A stretch of DNA of 62,071 nt from Eubacteriales bacterium. Its GTDB lineage: Bacteria > Bacillota > Clostridia > Christensenellales > Aristaeellaceae. This document shows, one piece after another, positions 17,335 to 27,157 of this stretch (positions within the stretch are counted from its first letter, which is position 1; every line of letters starts with the position of its first letter). The notes beneath the pieces were generated by a model. That model had not been told where the DNA came from and did no database searches. It saw nothing but the letters and a program-made list of their open reading frames with translations. The stretch lies in contig JAUNLY010000001.1 in the NCBI GenBank assembly GCA_030532025.1, positions 1 to 62,071 on the forward strand, given 5' to 3'. A program made the translations under genes and the position numbers.

Positions 17335-18257
17335 AGGCTTGTATCAGCTTCCTTTAACATATTTTTTATTTCGTCAACAGGGAAAGAATGCTTGGTACGG
17401 CAGAACCAGCAAGTCATTTCAACGTCCTTGTTTTCCTGTATCATGTCTTCAAGCTCTGCTCTTCCCGCGGCTATAAGTGCGTTTCGCATTTTTTCTCTTG
17501 AGCAGTCGCAGGCAAATTTAAGCTCCTCGTAGCTGAGAATTTTAAGATCCATATTTTTAAACCAGTTTTCTGCAAGAACCTGCATGCTCATGTCGTATAT
17601 TTCACGGCTTATGTTGCTGTAAAAAGGTATTCTGTCTTCAAGCATTTTAAGTGTTGTTTCGTCTGCTCCGGGGAGTGCTTGCACTAGTATGCCTCCGCTT
17701 GACAAAACGGTGCCGTTAGCGTTTAAACAGCCGAGCGCAACTATAGACGGTACTTGTTCTGATACCGTGTAGTAAAGCGCAAAATCCTCCCCGACGCCGC
17801 CGGATTTTAGCTTGCTGACCCCTACATAAGGGTCGCCTGTGCCAATATCTTTAATAACGGTTAAAGTGCCCTCGCTCCCTATATATGCGGGCACGTCCTG
17901 TGCGCCGTTTTTAAGCGGGGGTACCTCCGCCTGCGGGTTGTCTGCGGTTATTTTAAGCGTATCGCCATGGCCCACGCATATTATCTTGCCAGCAGGGCCA
18001 TTGCCGTTAAATGTAACTGTTACAGAGGAGTTTGGCGTTTTTAAATCGGTACTTAGCATTGCAGTTGCCGGAAGTATACGGCCAAAAGCTGCAGCCGCTG
18101 CGTCGCTTGCAAGGTGTGTGTCCTGTGCTGCCTGTGTCATTCTTGTGGTTCTGCACATAATAACCCTTGCCTGTCCTCCCATAAGCGTCATACGCATTAT
18201 GGCGTCATTTGCGTTATAAATCATGCCGTCCATGGCTTCAAATGGTGTGTCGTACAT
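17331..18257 (-). CDS. hslO: Hsp33 family redox-regulated chaperone
   Basis: C-terminal zinc centre 'CDCS...CWFCRTKH'. I set the start at the ATG at 18257 (MYDTPF), preceded by AAAGGAGAAct. Confidence 0.9.
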   Translation of the reverse strand: MYDTPFEAMDGMIYNANDAIMRMTLMGGQARVIMCRTTRMTQAAQDTHLASDAAAAAFGRILPATAMLSTDLKTPNSSVTVTFNGNGPAGKIICVGHGDTLKITADNPQAEVPPLKNGAQDVPAYIGSEGTLTVIKDIGTGDPYVGVSKLKSGGVGEDFALYYTVSEQVPSIVALGCLNANGTVLSSGGILVQALPGADETTLKMLEDRIPFYSNISREIYDMSMQVLAENWFKNMDLKILSYEELKFACDCSREKMRNALIAAGRAELEDMIQENKDVEMTCWFCRTKHSFPVDEIKNMLKEADTSL

Positions 18258-18987
18258 AGTTCTCCTTTTTTGATGCGACGAAAAACAGTCTTTCGTCTTT
18301 TTCTTTAGGCGGGTCAAGGTCTTTGTTAAAAACGCTTATATTTGTAAAACCCGCATTTTCAAGTGCGCTTATTATATTTTTTGCACTGTGTATATACTGC
18401 TGTTGGTATTCAATCAACCTGTCGTAAAAACCTTTGTTTTTAACGAATATATCAAGCTGCATGGATACGGAATCCTTGTCAAGCTTGTTTTGCCATATAT
18501 AGCAAATATCCTCGTCACTAAGCGTGAAGGTGTTGTCCGCTATAGTATTTCTAAGCTTATATTCGCTTGAAATGTCAAAGCATATTATGCCGTTTGGCAA
18601 AAGGCCCGCGTATGCCGCTTCAAAAAAATGCTTAAGGCCCAAAGAGCTTAAATAGTTAGGCCCGTCGCAGGTTGCAAGTACGGCTTGGGTCGGCTTGTGC
18701 AGCTTAAGCTGCTGCATATCCTGCCTTATAAATGTAATCCTTTTGCCCGCCTGCCTTGCCTTTTGCATGGCGCGCGAGAGCATTTCTTCTGATATATCTA
18801 TACCGGTTAGGTTGTAGTTTTCGCTAAGCGGTATGCTTATATTACCGGTGCCGCAGGCACATTCTACTATGCTTGAGTTGTGATAGACTCCGTGGTTTTG
18901 CAAAATACTATCGTATACGAGCGCAAAGGCTTTATAGTCTACTTCTTGCATAAGGCGGTCGTATACTGCGGCAAAATCCGTATACAT
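18238..18987 (-). CDS. Class I SAM-dependent methyltransferase
   Basis: Motif I 'VECACGTGNISIPL'. 249 aa. TAATG overlap with the upstream gene. Confidence 0.8.
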   Translation of the reverse strand: MYTDFAAVYDRLMQEVDYKAFALVYDSILQNHGVYHNSSIVECACGTGNISIPLSENYNLTGIDISEEMLSRAMQKARQAGKRITFIRQDMQQLKLHKPTQAVLATCDGPNYLSSLGLKHFFEAAYAGLLPNGIICFDISSEYKLRNTIADNTFTLSDEDICYIWQNKLDKDSVSMQLDIFVKNKGFYDRLIEYQQQYIHSAKNIISALENAGFTNISVFNKDLDPPKEKDERLFFVASKKENYVRHTI

Positions 18988-20033
18988 TAAATTATGCTAC
19001 CGCTTTCGTCGGAGGGAGATACATAATCCTTATCTTTAGATTCTCCTAAAGAGTTTTCATCCTCATAAATTCCTTCAAGTTCTTCTTCGCTTATCATACC
19101 TCTGTTTACTTCGGCACCGGGTATTTTTATGTTTATGTATTTGTCAAACACCCCGTTTGTGTAGGAGGCATACACAAAACGCGATAAGGCGTTGCCGAGC
19201 AGCAGGTAGTAACCGCCTAAAAACATTAAAGAAAACAATGCATAGGGTGTAAAGAGCGATACAAGAAATGCTATAGCTACGGGTATTAACATAGCAAGGC
19301 GCACACCTACATTTTGCGGGAGCTTTGCAATGGCCAGTAAAAGGCAGTTTTTTATTATCTGCCCTATTGTCATATTGTATGTAACAATCATAGGGTAGGC
19401 AAAGGGGAGCCCTAAAAGCCAAAGGAAGCCCACCATAAGTGCAAAAATCTGCGGTATTACAAAAAATACGGAGTTTTGCGCCATACGTCCGTAAAACTGC
19501 CATGACATTAGCATAAGCAGGGGAAGTAAAGACGTAATGCCGGATATAACAAGCGCCTGCTTCCAGTTGGACTTGAATGCGTCTTTAAAGTCTGAAAACA
19601 CAAAGGCATGCTCGTCCCTTGCCCAGTTGCGCGTTACATATGCCATGGCGGCTTGAGCAGGGCCTGTAATAATAATGCAGGGTACAAGCCACAGGCAGGT
19701 TCTAAAAAGTATGGCGTACATATGTAAGCCGCTGTTTTCGGCGACCGCTACCATATCGGGCGTTATGCTTTCGCCGCCTTGTTGTACGGTTAAAATTACC
19801 TGTGCCAAGGACAGCAGGCTTTCAAAGCCCTTTGCCGCAATATAGAACAGGGGCACAAAAAATATTGCCGATATAAGGTTTAATTGAAACAATGCACCAA
19901 AGCGCACTCGCAGCATTTCCCAAAAGAGTTGCCAACGGTTTTTGGGTAGGTTTTCCTTGTTATAGTCGCCCTTGCCCGCCTTGCCGTAGTAGTAGTTATT
20001 CATAAACTTGCCAAACAAAACAAATACCTCCAA
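18987..20033 (-). CDS. YesL/DUF624-family integral membrane protein
   Basis: N-terminal 'NRWQLFWEMLRVRFGALFQLNLISAIFFVPLF' and 6-7 TM segments. The true start is uncertain: TTG at 20018 lies 7 nt after GGAGG, and an ATG is at 20003. Confidence 0.6.
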   Translation of the reverse strand: MEVFVLFGKFMNNYYYGKAGKGDYNKENLPKNRWQLFWEMLRVRFGALFQLNLISAIFFVPLFYIAAKGFESLLSLAQVILTVQQGGESITPDMVAVAENSGLHMYAILFRTCLWLVPCIIITGPAQAAMAYVTRNWARDEHAFVFSDFKDAFKSNWKQALVISGITSLLPLLMLMSWQFYGRMAQNSVFFVIPQIFALMVGFLWLLGLPFAYPMIVTYNMTIGQIIKNCLLLAIAKLPQNVGVRLAMLIPVAIAFLVSLFTPYALFSLMFLGGYYLLLGNALSRFVYASYTNGVFDKYINIKIPGAEVNRGMISEEELEGIYEDENSLGESKDKDYVSPSDESGSII

Positions 20034-20148
20034 ACTTGTTTACACCTAAGTATAACACGCTTTTATCAAAAACAAAATGAGCAAGGCGTGAATTTTCTGT
20101 GACCAAAACATCATCGAAAAATTTTCACGAAAAAAAAGTAAAAAGCTC

Positions 20149-20177
20149 TTGAAGATAAGATATCATTGTGATATCAT
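20149..20177 (+). promoter_or_regulatory. Extended -10 promoter overlapped by a perfect palindromic operator, upstream of the ABC-2 exporter
   Basis: TTGAAG(20149-54), a 17-nt spacer, TGaTATCAT(20169-77). Palindrome GATATCA-ttg-TGATATC at 20159-20175. Confidence 0.5.
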
Positions 20178-20309
20178 AATAACGCAAAACGAGGCGGGCT
20201 GTATCTTTACGCGATATTCACCCAAAATTCACGTAAATTTTACAATAACGGCGGATAATGCAATGGTATAGGTATAGTTCGACTTAATAATTAACAGGGA
20301 GGTAATGCC

Positions 20310-21227
20310 ATGATACTTGAAGTAAAGGACATTAAAAAAAGTTATGGCGAAAAAGAGATACTACACGGTATAAGCTTTAAAGTTCAATCTGGCCGTGCTA
20401 TGGGTTTTCTCGGCAGGAACGGTGCAGGCAAATCCACCACCATACGCTGTATGATGGGTGTGTTCCGCCAAAATAGCGGCCAATTTCTTATAGATAACAA
20501 GGAGTTTAAGCCCGAAGACTACCGCATAGGCTATCTGCCGGAGGAAAGGGGCATGTATTTAAAAAACAAGGTGCTCCCGCAGCTTGTTTATTTCGCAAGG
20601 CTCCGTGGCGGTAACAAGGAAGATTCTATCCGCAGCGCTAAAGAGTGGATACATTTTTTCGGGCTGGACGATTATTCAAACAAGCCCTTGGAAACCCTGT
20701 CTAAAGGCAACCAACAAAAAATACAGATTGCACAAGCTTTCGTAAATGACCCGGACATACTTATTCTGGACGAGCCTTTTTCGGGCCTTGACCCTGTAAA
20801 CGCTCAGATATTCAAAAACGCCATAGCGGATTTTGTACAAAGAGGCAAACTCGTTATATTTTCAAGCCACCAGATGAGCTATGTGGAAGAAGTCTGCGAC
20901 GATATATGCCTTATACATTCGGGCGATATACTTTTAACAGGTTCTTTGGACGATATAAAACGCGAACGTGGCTTTGGAAAACTGTTGTTTAAGGGGGAAA
21001 ATGTAAAAGTCAACGAAGCGGACACAGCCATAAAACAAGCTTTCCCCGAAGTTCAAACAGAAATTTTTGACGGGGATTCCCTTGTAATAGATACAAAAAG
21101 TCAATACAGCCAAGAAGATTTGCTTCGCTTTATAACGGACAAGGGTTGGACAATAGTACGCTTTGGAATGTTTGAACCAAGCTTAAACGACATATTTATA
21201 AGCCTTGTTGGAGGTGAAGAAGCATGA
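20310..21227 (+). CDS. ABC transporter ATP-binding protein (ABC-2/NatA-like)
   Basis: Walker A 'GRNGAGKST', signature 'LSKGNQQKIQIA', Walker B 'ILILDEPFSGLD', and a C-terminal DUF4162-like extension. Confidence 0.9.
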   Translation: MILEVKDIKKSYGEKEILHGISFKVQSGRAMGFLGRNGAGKSTTIRCMMGVFRQNSGQFLIDNKEFKPEDYRIGYLPEERGMYLKNKVLPQLVYFARLRGGNKEDSIRSAKEWIHFFGLDDYSNKPLETLSKGNQQKIQIAQAFVNDPDILILDEPFSGLDPVNAQIFKNAIADFVQRGKLVIFSSHQMSYVEEVCDDICLIHSGDILLTGSLDDIKRERGFGKLLFKGENVKVNEADTAIKQAFPEVQTEIFDGDSLVIDTKSQYSQEDLLRFITDKGWTIVRFGMFEPSLNDIFISLVGGEEA

Positions 21228-22471
21228 AAAAACTTAGAAACTTTAAATTGGTATTTGGCTACGAGTTTAAATCCCTTTTAGGTAAAAAGAGCACAATTAT
21301 AACTACAATCATAATGGCGCTTATAGTATTTATTCTGTTTAACGTACCGAGGTTTATGGATTGGTTTTCACCCGCGGAAACCGCAGAGGATGAGAAAAAC
21401 CCTTACGAAATTATAACAGAAAGCACGGGTTATGTGTTTTTGGACGAGCAAACGGGGAATATGCTAAAACCCATGCTTCAAATTGAGGACGAAAAGATAT
21501 TTTCTTCCCGTGAAGAACTTGTAGCGGCCATAGAAAATGACGAGCTTAAAAAAGGCTTTGTTGTGGAGGAGGCTTTAAAGTACGAATCTATATGGCTTGA
21601 TAGGAAGCTTGAGTTTGAAGCGGAGCTTGTGTTGTCTGAAATTCTAAAACAGATGAATATATCCAACACGCTCATACAAAAGGGGATTTCACCGGAAGAG
21701 GTTGTAGCACTTCAGTCTAAAGAAGTTGAAAGTACCACAACCGTACTTGGTAAAGACGGGACAAGCAACACCATAGTAGCGTTTGTACTGCTCTTTATTA
21801 TATATATGCTTGTAATTATGTACGGCCAAATAACAAGTACTGTAATAGCAAGGGAGAAGGATAGCCGTACGATGGAGCTTTTAATTACATCGACCAAGGC
21901 TTCAAACCTTATACTCGGCAAAGTTGCTGCAAGCGGTCTTACTGCGGTAGTACAGCTTGGCACAGTGGCGCTTGCGGGCTATATAGGCTTTGTTTTAAAC
22001 AAAGAGCTTTTGCCACAATTTATAGTAGAAGCTTTAAGCGGCACATTGACTAAGGAATATTTAATAAGCTATCTCTACTTTACAATTGTAGGTTATATAC
22101 TCTACCTGTTTTTGTATGCGGCCTTAGGTTCAACAGTCAGCAAGGTGGAGGACGTAAACTCTTCAACGGCACCTGTAAGCTTCTTGTTTATGATTGGCTA
22201 TTTTATAACATCGTTCTCTATGACTAACCCCGATAGTATAGTAGTTGTTGCAGGCTCCATAGTGCCATTTACAAGCCTTATGGTAATGCCCTTTAGAACG
22301 GCTGTAGACACGGTGCCCATGTGGCAGTACATTTTAAGCGGCGGTTTGCTGCTTGCTACAACCGTGCTTCTTGCCTTATTGTCCATACGTATATACCGCC
22401 AAGGCACATTAAACTATGGCAACAAGTTAGGATTTATAAAATCAATAAAAATGGCATTTAACAAAAACTGA
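21224..22471 (+). CDS. ABC-2 family transporter permease (NatB-like)
   Basis: N-terminal TM, a large extracytoplasmic loop, then 5 C-terminal TM segments. ATGA overlap with the ATPase gene. Confidence 0.8.
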   Translation: MKKLRNFKLVFGYEFKSLLGKKSTIITTIIMALIVFILFNVPRFMDWFSPAETAEDEKNPYEIITESTGYVFLDEQTGNMLKPMLQIEDEKIFSSREELVAAIENDELKKGFVVEEALKYESIWLDRKLEFEAELVLSEILKQMNISNTLIQKGISPEEVVALQSKEVESTTTVLGKDGTSNTIVAFVLLFIIYMLVIMYGQITSTVIAREKDSRTMELLITSTKASNLILGKVAASGLTAVVQLGTVALAGYIGFVLNKELLPQFIVEALSGTLTKEYLISYLYFTIVGYILYLFLYAALGSTVSKVEDVNSSTAPVSFLFMIGYFITSFSMTNPDSIVVVAGSIVPFTSLMVMPFRTAVDTVPMWQYILSGGLLLATTVLLALLSIRIYRQGTLNYGNKLGFIKSIKMAFNKN

Positions 22472-22477
22472 AACTCA

Positions 22478-22503
22478 TTAACCCCCTTTTAAAAGGGGGT
22501 TAA
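22478..22503 (+). terminator. Palindromic hairpin terminator after the ABC-2 operon
   Basis: TTAACCCCCTTTT/AAAAGGGGGTTAA perfect palindrome, 7 nt after the stop. Confidence 0.55.
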
Positions 22504-22519
22504 ATATTATGCATAATAA

Positions 22520-22628
22520 TGCTAATTTAGACTATCAATGCTCTGATGAACTGATTTTTTTGGTTTTATTTTACTTTATAGAAAAGCAAAAAACCGCAAA
22601 ACTTTTCGTTAAAATGTTTAGATTAGTA
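22520..22628. repeat. MITE-like palindromic intergenic repeat, copy E (short, degenerate)
   Basis: Ends TGCTAATTT...AGATTAGTA. Internal 'CAATGCTCTGATGAACTG...TTTTGG...GCAAAAAACCGC' aligns with copies B and C. Confidence 0.5.
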
Positions 22629-22640
22629 TAATATAAAGAC

Positions 22641-22669
22641 AAAATCCCAGCTGCAATAGCTGGGATTTT
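22641..22669 (-). terminator. Intrinsic terminator after pduL
   Basis: 11-bp stem AAAATCCCAGC/GCTGGGATTTT with a 7-nt loop, 30 nt 3' of the pduL stop. Confidence 0.6.
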
Positions 22670-22699
22670 GTTTACAATTTGAAGATATATTTTATATTT

Positions 22700-23266
22700 T
22701 TACAGCTCTATTTCGCCATATACTTCGCCAAATGCGGCTGCAGCGTTGGACTCGTCCGTATCTATGTGCATGGCGTCTGAGTAGTTTTCGTTTATGCGTA
22801 CTACTGTATCGCCAAAGGTTAAGGCGCGACCGCCTTGGTCTACCTTAACGCTTACTATTTGCCCGTCTTTAACGCCTAATTTCTCGGCGGTTTCGGGGGT
22901 TAAGTGCACATGGCGCTTTGCCACTATTAAGCCTTCTGTTAAATCTACTTCGCCCTTAGGGCCTACGAGTTTACAGGCGGCAGAGCCTTCTATATGGCCG
23001 CTTTCACGTACAGGCGGTGTGATGCCTAAGCTTCTTGCGTCGCTAAAGGATACTTCTATCTGTGTCTGTTTGCGGCAGGGGCCTAATATGCGGAGAGATA
23101 ATTCGCCTTTGGGGCCTACAACCTTTACTTTTTCGCCGCTTGCAAACTGCCCGGGCTGGGACAGATCCTTTATGTGGCTTAGCTGTGCTTCCTCTCCAAA
23201 GAGTATTTTAAGGTGTTCCTGTGTAACGTGCATATGGCGTGCCGATGTTTCTACTAATACTTTCAT
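22700..23266 (-). CDS. pduL: Phosphate propanoyltransferase PduL
   Basis: Duplicated 'SARHMHV..EHL..LFG' and 'AKRHVHLTPE' PduL motifs. Start is the ATG at 23266 (MKVLVETSARH). Confidence 0.85.
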   Translation of the reverse strand: MKVLVETSARHMHVTQEHLKILFGEEAQLSHIKDLSQPGQFASGEKVKVVGPKGELSLRILGPCRKQTQIEVSFSDARSLGITPPVRESGHIEGSAACKLVGPKGEVDLTEGLIVAKRHVHLTPETAEKLGVKDGQIVSVKVDQGGRALTFGDTVVRINENYSDAMHIDTDESNAAAAFGEVYGEIEL

Positions 23267-23347
23267 TGTTTCACCATTCCTTTCTAATATAAATATACCC
23301 AGTTTTTGGGGTTTTAACAAGTCTTAAGTCTATTGTAAAGCTGTCTA

Positions 23348-24079
23348 TTACAGCGGTCTTATAAGTATAAGCGGTGTAAGCTCCGCTCCTTGCCCCGAGG
23401 GGTTGTCCTGCATGGAGTCCTGTAATTGCTGCTCGTTTAGCGGGAAACCTTCGCATATACCTATTACGTTGCGGTCAAAATCGTTGGCGTCCATAAGTAC
23501 TGTTGGTATGCCTGTTTTTTCGTACAGCTCGTTGCAAAGCTCGTCCCCGTTTGGGGGGTTTACAAGTGCCAAATCCTTATATATGTCAAAGTCGGAGCGG
23601 TCGTAAAAGCCGTCTATGCCGGCTACACCCCTGCCACATACCTTGTAAAATACACCTTTTACGCCAAAGGGCTTTGTTACTGCGGATAAAAACGCCGCAA
23701 ACAGCACCCGTGGCAACCCGCACTCGTTAATTACAAGTTGCAACTTGTGCGGTTCGTGCATACCTATGCCAGTGGAGTTTACGCCCGCAAAACGCCACAT
23801 AAGGTTTGCAAAAAAGCCGGGCTTTATCTCCTCCCGTTTATATACATTGCTTGTACACATAGCCATAACCTTTGCGCCAAAAGACAGGCAGTCTCCCGGG
23901 CGGTAAAGTGGCATTACATATTTTGCTACAAGATCAAACTGGCTTTCGCCTACCTGTACAAAATGCGTCTGTATGGCAAAGCGGTCATAACGTTTGCCGT
24001 CTTCGCCCGTTACCGTACCCCTGTCGAAATAAGTGATACCTTCATACACACGCCTTTGTTCCTCTAAATTCTTGCTCAT
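23348..24079 (-). CDS. CofE-like (F420-0:gamma-glutamyl ligase fold) protein
   Basis: 243 aa. 'PLYRPGDCLSFGAKVMAMCTSNVY...EIKP' and 'TVLMDANDFDRNVIG' resemble the F420_ligase domain pattern. AGGAGGGGG RBS. The family call is made by eye. Confidence 0.45.
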   Translation of the reverse strand: MSKNLEEQRRVYEGITYFDRGTVTGEDGKRYDRFAIQTHFVQVGESQFDLVAKYVMPLYRPGDCLSFGAKVMAMCTSNVYKREEIKPGFFANLMWRFAGVNSTGIGMHEPHKLQLVINECGLPRVLFAAFLSAVTKPFGVKGVFYKVCGRGVAGIDGFYDRSDFDIYKDLALVNPPNGDELCNELYEKTGIPTVLMDANDFDRNVIGICEGFPLNEQQLQDSMQDNPSGQGAELTPLILIRPL

Positions 24080-24379
24080 ATCCCCCTCCTGTGCAGAAGC
24101 ATTTTACATTAAGCTTTATATACTGTCAATTGCTAATGCTTTTAGCAGCCTAAATTAAAAGTAAGTGCTACATTTATATGCAATTTAGCTCTATTTGTTA
24201 AAATTATTGCTTTTTGTTTGATGTGAAAGTTGTTGCTGTATAACATAAAAACCGCAACTTAGTATTTTCAGGGAATACAATTCCCGTTTCTATTAAACAC
24301 CCGACACCCTTATATAGATAAATTGCGTTTAAAATGTCCGCGTGTTAAAATAGAGCAAATACAATAGGAGGAGAGTACA

Positions 24380-25765
24380 TTGCAAAACGAATTTATGCAT
24401 TTGGCGAAAGAGTATTTTGCCAAGGGCGCATCGACGGAACTGCGCGTACAGCGTAACCGCACGCGCCGTACTACCTTGCTTAAGGGAAACCTTGTAAGGA
24501 ATATACGCAGCGAATCCAAAGGCCTATGTGCAAGGGTATATAAGGACGGCATGTATGGCTTTGCGTCATCTACCGATATAAGCAAAGAAGCCATTATAAG
24601 TGCTGTCAACGCTGCGAGCGAGAACGCTGCGTTTTTGGCGGGACGCATACAAAAAGAAAACAAAGGCTTAGCCCAAATAGAAAGCGGTAGCCGCCAAAAA
24701 GACGAAGAAATAAAGGATTTGCCCCAGCAAACATATATAGACTTTATGCGGGAGCTTGACGGGCTTATAGAAAAACGTTACGACCGTCTGCTTTCAAGAA
24801 CCATAAGCGTACATTGCGATTCGCAGGAAAAAATAATACAGACATCAGACGGCTATTCTGCAAACATAGTACTCCCAAGGAGCTATGTGTATGTAACGCT
24901 ATCAGCCGAGGGGAAAGACGGTAATCCCGTGGAGCTGTTTACTGTGGCCGGCAGCGGCGGCACATTTGACAGCAATTTTGATGACCCCGCAAAGCTTTTG
25001 CCTAAAGTGGACGAACTGTACGAACACCTTATGAAAAAGGCAGAGGGTGTATACGCAAAAGCCGGTAAAAAGACCTGTATTTTATCAAGTGACCTTGCGG
25101 GTATGCTTGCACACGAGGCCGTGGGCCACACGGTGGAGGCGGATATAGTATTAGGCGGCTCCGTTGCCTTAAACCTTTTAAATAAACAGGTCGCAAGCCC
25201 TCTTGTGAGTTTGGTGGACTTTGCCCACACGGCGTTTGGACAAACTGTGCCACTGCCTGTATATGTGGACGATGAAGGTACATTAGCGAAAGATTGCGTT
25301 TTAATTGAAGACGGCATATTGAAAAACTATATGGTAAACAGGGAACTTGCTAATGTGTTTAATATGGAACCCTGTGGCAACGCAAGAGCTTGGGACTTTA
25401 ACGACGAACCGCTCGTGCGCATGCGAAACACATTTATTTTGCCGGGCGAAAGCAGCTTGGAAGACATGATAGCTTCAATAGATGACGGCTATTACCTACT
25501 TTCAAGTGCCAACGGTCAGGCGGACACAACCGGCGAATTTATGTTCGGCATCACATGCGGTTACGAAATCAAAAACGGAAAAATAGGCAAAGCTATACTT
25601 GATACAACGGTGTCCGGCGTAGCTTTTGAAATGTTAAAAACAGTTTCCATGGTCGGTAAGGATATTAAACTTAGCTCTTCCGGCTTCTGTGGCAAAAAAC
25701 AACCCATGGCTGTAAGCTTGGGCGGGCCTGCGATAAAATGTGAAATTAATATGGGAGGCAGATAG
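24380..25765 (+). CDS. tldD: TldD-family metalloprotease
   Basis: 'HEAVGH' zinc motif and a C-terminal 'GG...C.I..' pattern. TTG start with AGGAGG 8 nt upstream. Confidence 0.85.
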   Translation: MQNEFMHLAKEYFAKGASTELRVQRNRTRRTTLLKGNLVRNIRSESKGLCARVYKDGMYGFASSTDISKEAIISAVNAASENAAFLAGRIQKENKGLAQIESGSRQKDEEIKDLPQQTYIDFMRELDGLIEKRYDRLLSRTISVHCDSQEKIIQTSDGYSANIVLPRSYVYVTLSAEGKDGNPVELFTVAGSGGTFDSNFDDPAKLLPKVDELYEHLMKKAEGVYAKAGKKTCILSSDLAGMLAHEAVGHTVEADIVLGGSVALNLLNKQVASPLVSLVDFAHTAFGQTVPLPVYVDDEGTLAKDCVLIEDGILKNYMVNRELANVFNMEPCGNARAWDFNDEPLVRMRNTFILPGESSLEDMIASIDDGYYLLSSANGQADTTGEFMFGITCGYEIKNGKIGKAILDTTVSGVAFEMLKTVSMVGKDIKLSSSGFCGKKQPMAVSLGGPAIKCEINMGGR

Positions 25766-27058
25766 ATGAAAACTCCGTATGAAATAGCTTCTTATGCGAT
25801 GGAAGGCCTTTTAAAGGGCGGCGCGGACGATGTGAGTGTCTCCTGCTATGAGGGCTTAAAAAACGAACTAAACGCAGAGGGGGGAGAGTTTTCCCTGCTG
25901 CGCACGACAGCGGACAAGAGCCTTAACTTAACTTGTATAGCAAAAAATAAAAAAGGTACTGTTTCCGGAAACGACACCACAAAAGAGGGTGTTGACACGG
26001 CAGTACATGAAGCCCTGCTCTCATCAAACAGCGCAGCTCCAGACACAGCTTGGGAGATAAGCCGTGTTCCTGTCGAAAAAACATACAGCTTTGGTCTTCC
26101 TTACGATAAAGAAAAAATGTTTTTCAGGGCTAAGGAATTTCTGGACACCGTAAAAAAGGAATACCCAAATGTAACGGTACAGCAGCTTGTGTTGTCCCAC
26201 GACAGCTCACAGGGGCTTTATATAAACAACCACGGCGTGCGTTTTAACGAAAGTGCGTCCTGCTATACTGTGGCTATTACACTTGTAGGCAGGGACGGTG
26301 AAAAGAGCTCCTCTATGAACTACACCAGCGGTCTAAGTTATGACTTAGACAAGCCTATAATAGAATTTGCTGATATAGGGCTGTTGCTAAAAAGTGCAGA
26401 AAAGCAGGTGCATACTGTGCCGTTTAGCGGTAAAGGAGTATATCCTGTAGTATTAAGCCCGAAATGCTTTAATACTTTTCTTACGTATGCCTTGGGGGCG
26501 TTTGCATCAGGCTCCTCATTGCTTGAAAACACAAGCATATGGAAGGATAGCTTAAACAAAAGCGTCGCGTCTTCAGAACTCAGTGTGTCTATAGACCCTT
26601 TTAACAAGGCGATTGTAGCTCCCGATATGTATACCTCTGAAGGCTACGAAGCAAAGCCATATAGCATAATTGAAAACGGCGTATTAAAGCATTTTATGCT
26701 GTCGAAATACTATGCAAACAAACTGGGACTTGAGCGCGCCCCAAGTGATGGAGATGCCTTTATAGTCAGCCCAGGTAAACAAAGCCTTGAAGAACTTATA
26801 GGCGGCATAGAAAAAGGGCTTCTTGTAGGTCGTTTTTCAGGTGGTATGCCTGCTGTTGACGGCGAATTTTCGGGCGTTGCTAAAAACTCATTCTTAATAG
26901 AGAACGGCAAAGTAACAAAAGCCGCTGCAGAAACTATGATATCCGGTAACTTAGCCCAAGTGCTAAAATCCATACGTGGTCTTTCTAAAGAAACCTTTGA
27001 AGGCGGTTTTATATCCGTCCCCTATGCCGCTGTGGACGGTATAACGGTTTCGTCGTAA
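25766..27058 (+). CDS. pmbA: PmbA/TldE-family protein (TldD partner)
   Basis: TldD/PmbA fold without an HExxxH motif. It starts 1 nt after the tldD stop. 430 aa. Confidence 0.8.
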   Translation: MKTPYEIASYAMEGLLKGGADDVSVSCYEGLKNELNAEGGEFSLLRTTADKSLNLTCIAKNKKGTVSGNDTTKEGVDTAVHEALLSSNSAAPDTAWEISRVPVEKTYSFGLPYDKEKMFFRAKEFLDTVKKEYPNVTVQQLVLSHDSSQGLYINNHGVRFNESASCYTVAITLVGRDGEKSSSMNYTSGLSYDLDKPIIEFADIGLLLKSAEKQVHTVPFSGKGVYPVVLSPKCFNTFLTYALGAFASGSSLLENTSIWKDSLNKSVASSELSVSIDPFNKAIVAPDMYTSEGYEAKPYSIIENGVLKHFMLSKYYANKLGLERAPSDGDAFIVSPGKQSLEELIGGIEKGLLVGRFSGGMPAVDGEFSGVAKNSFLIENGKVTKAAAETMISGNLAQVLKSIRGLSKETFEGGFISVPYAAVDGITVSS

Positions 27059-27157
27059 ATTTTAATTGTTGTCTATACTAAACTATACTGGATTAGCATA
27101 TTGTAGACTAATGTTTCGAGCTATATATAATCTTAGTGCATCATTGGATGATAAAAA

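Noticed and set aside
24270-24287. A short palindrome GGGAAT-aca-ATTCCC, which resembles the arms of the 3320-3356 inverted repeat (AAGGGAATTT).
   Set aside because: It is only 6 bp per arm in AT-rich intergenic DNA, so chance occurrence is plausible. There is no third copy or regulator gene to support a shared operator.
24310-24663. A 117-aa minus-strand ORF overlapping the tldD start.
   Set aside because: It is antisense to the tldD N-terminus and RBS, and it has no motif or RBS.
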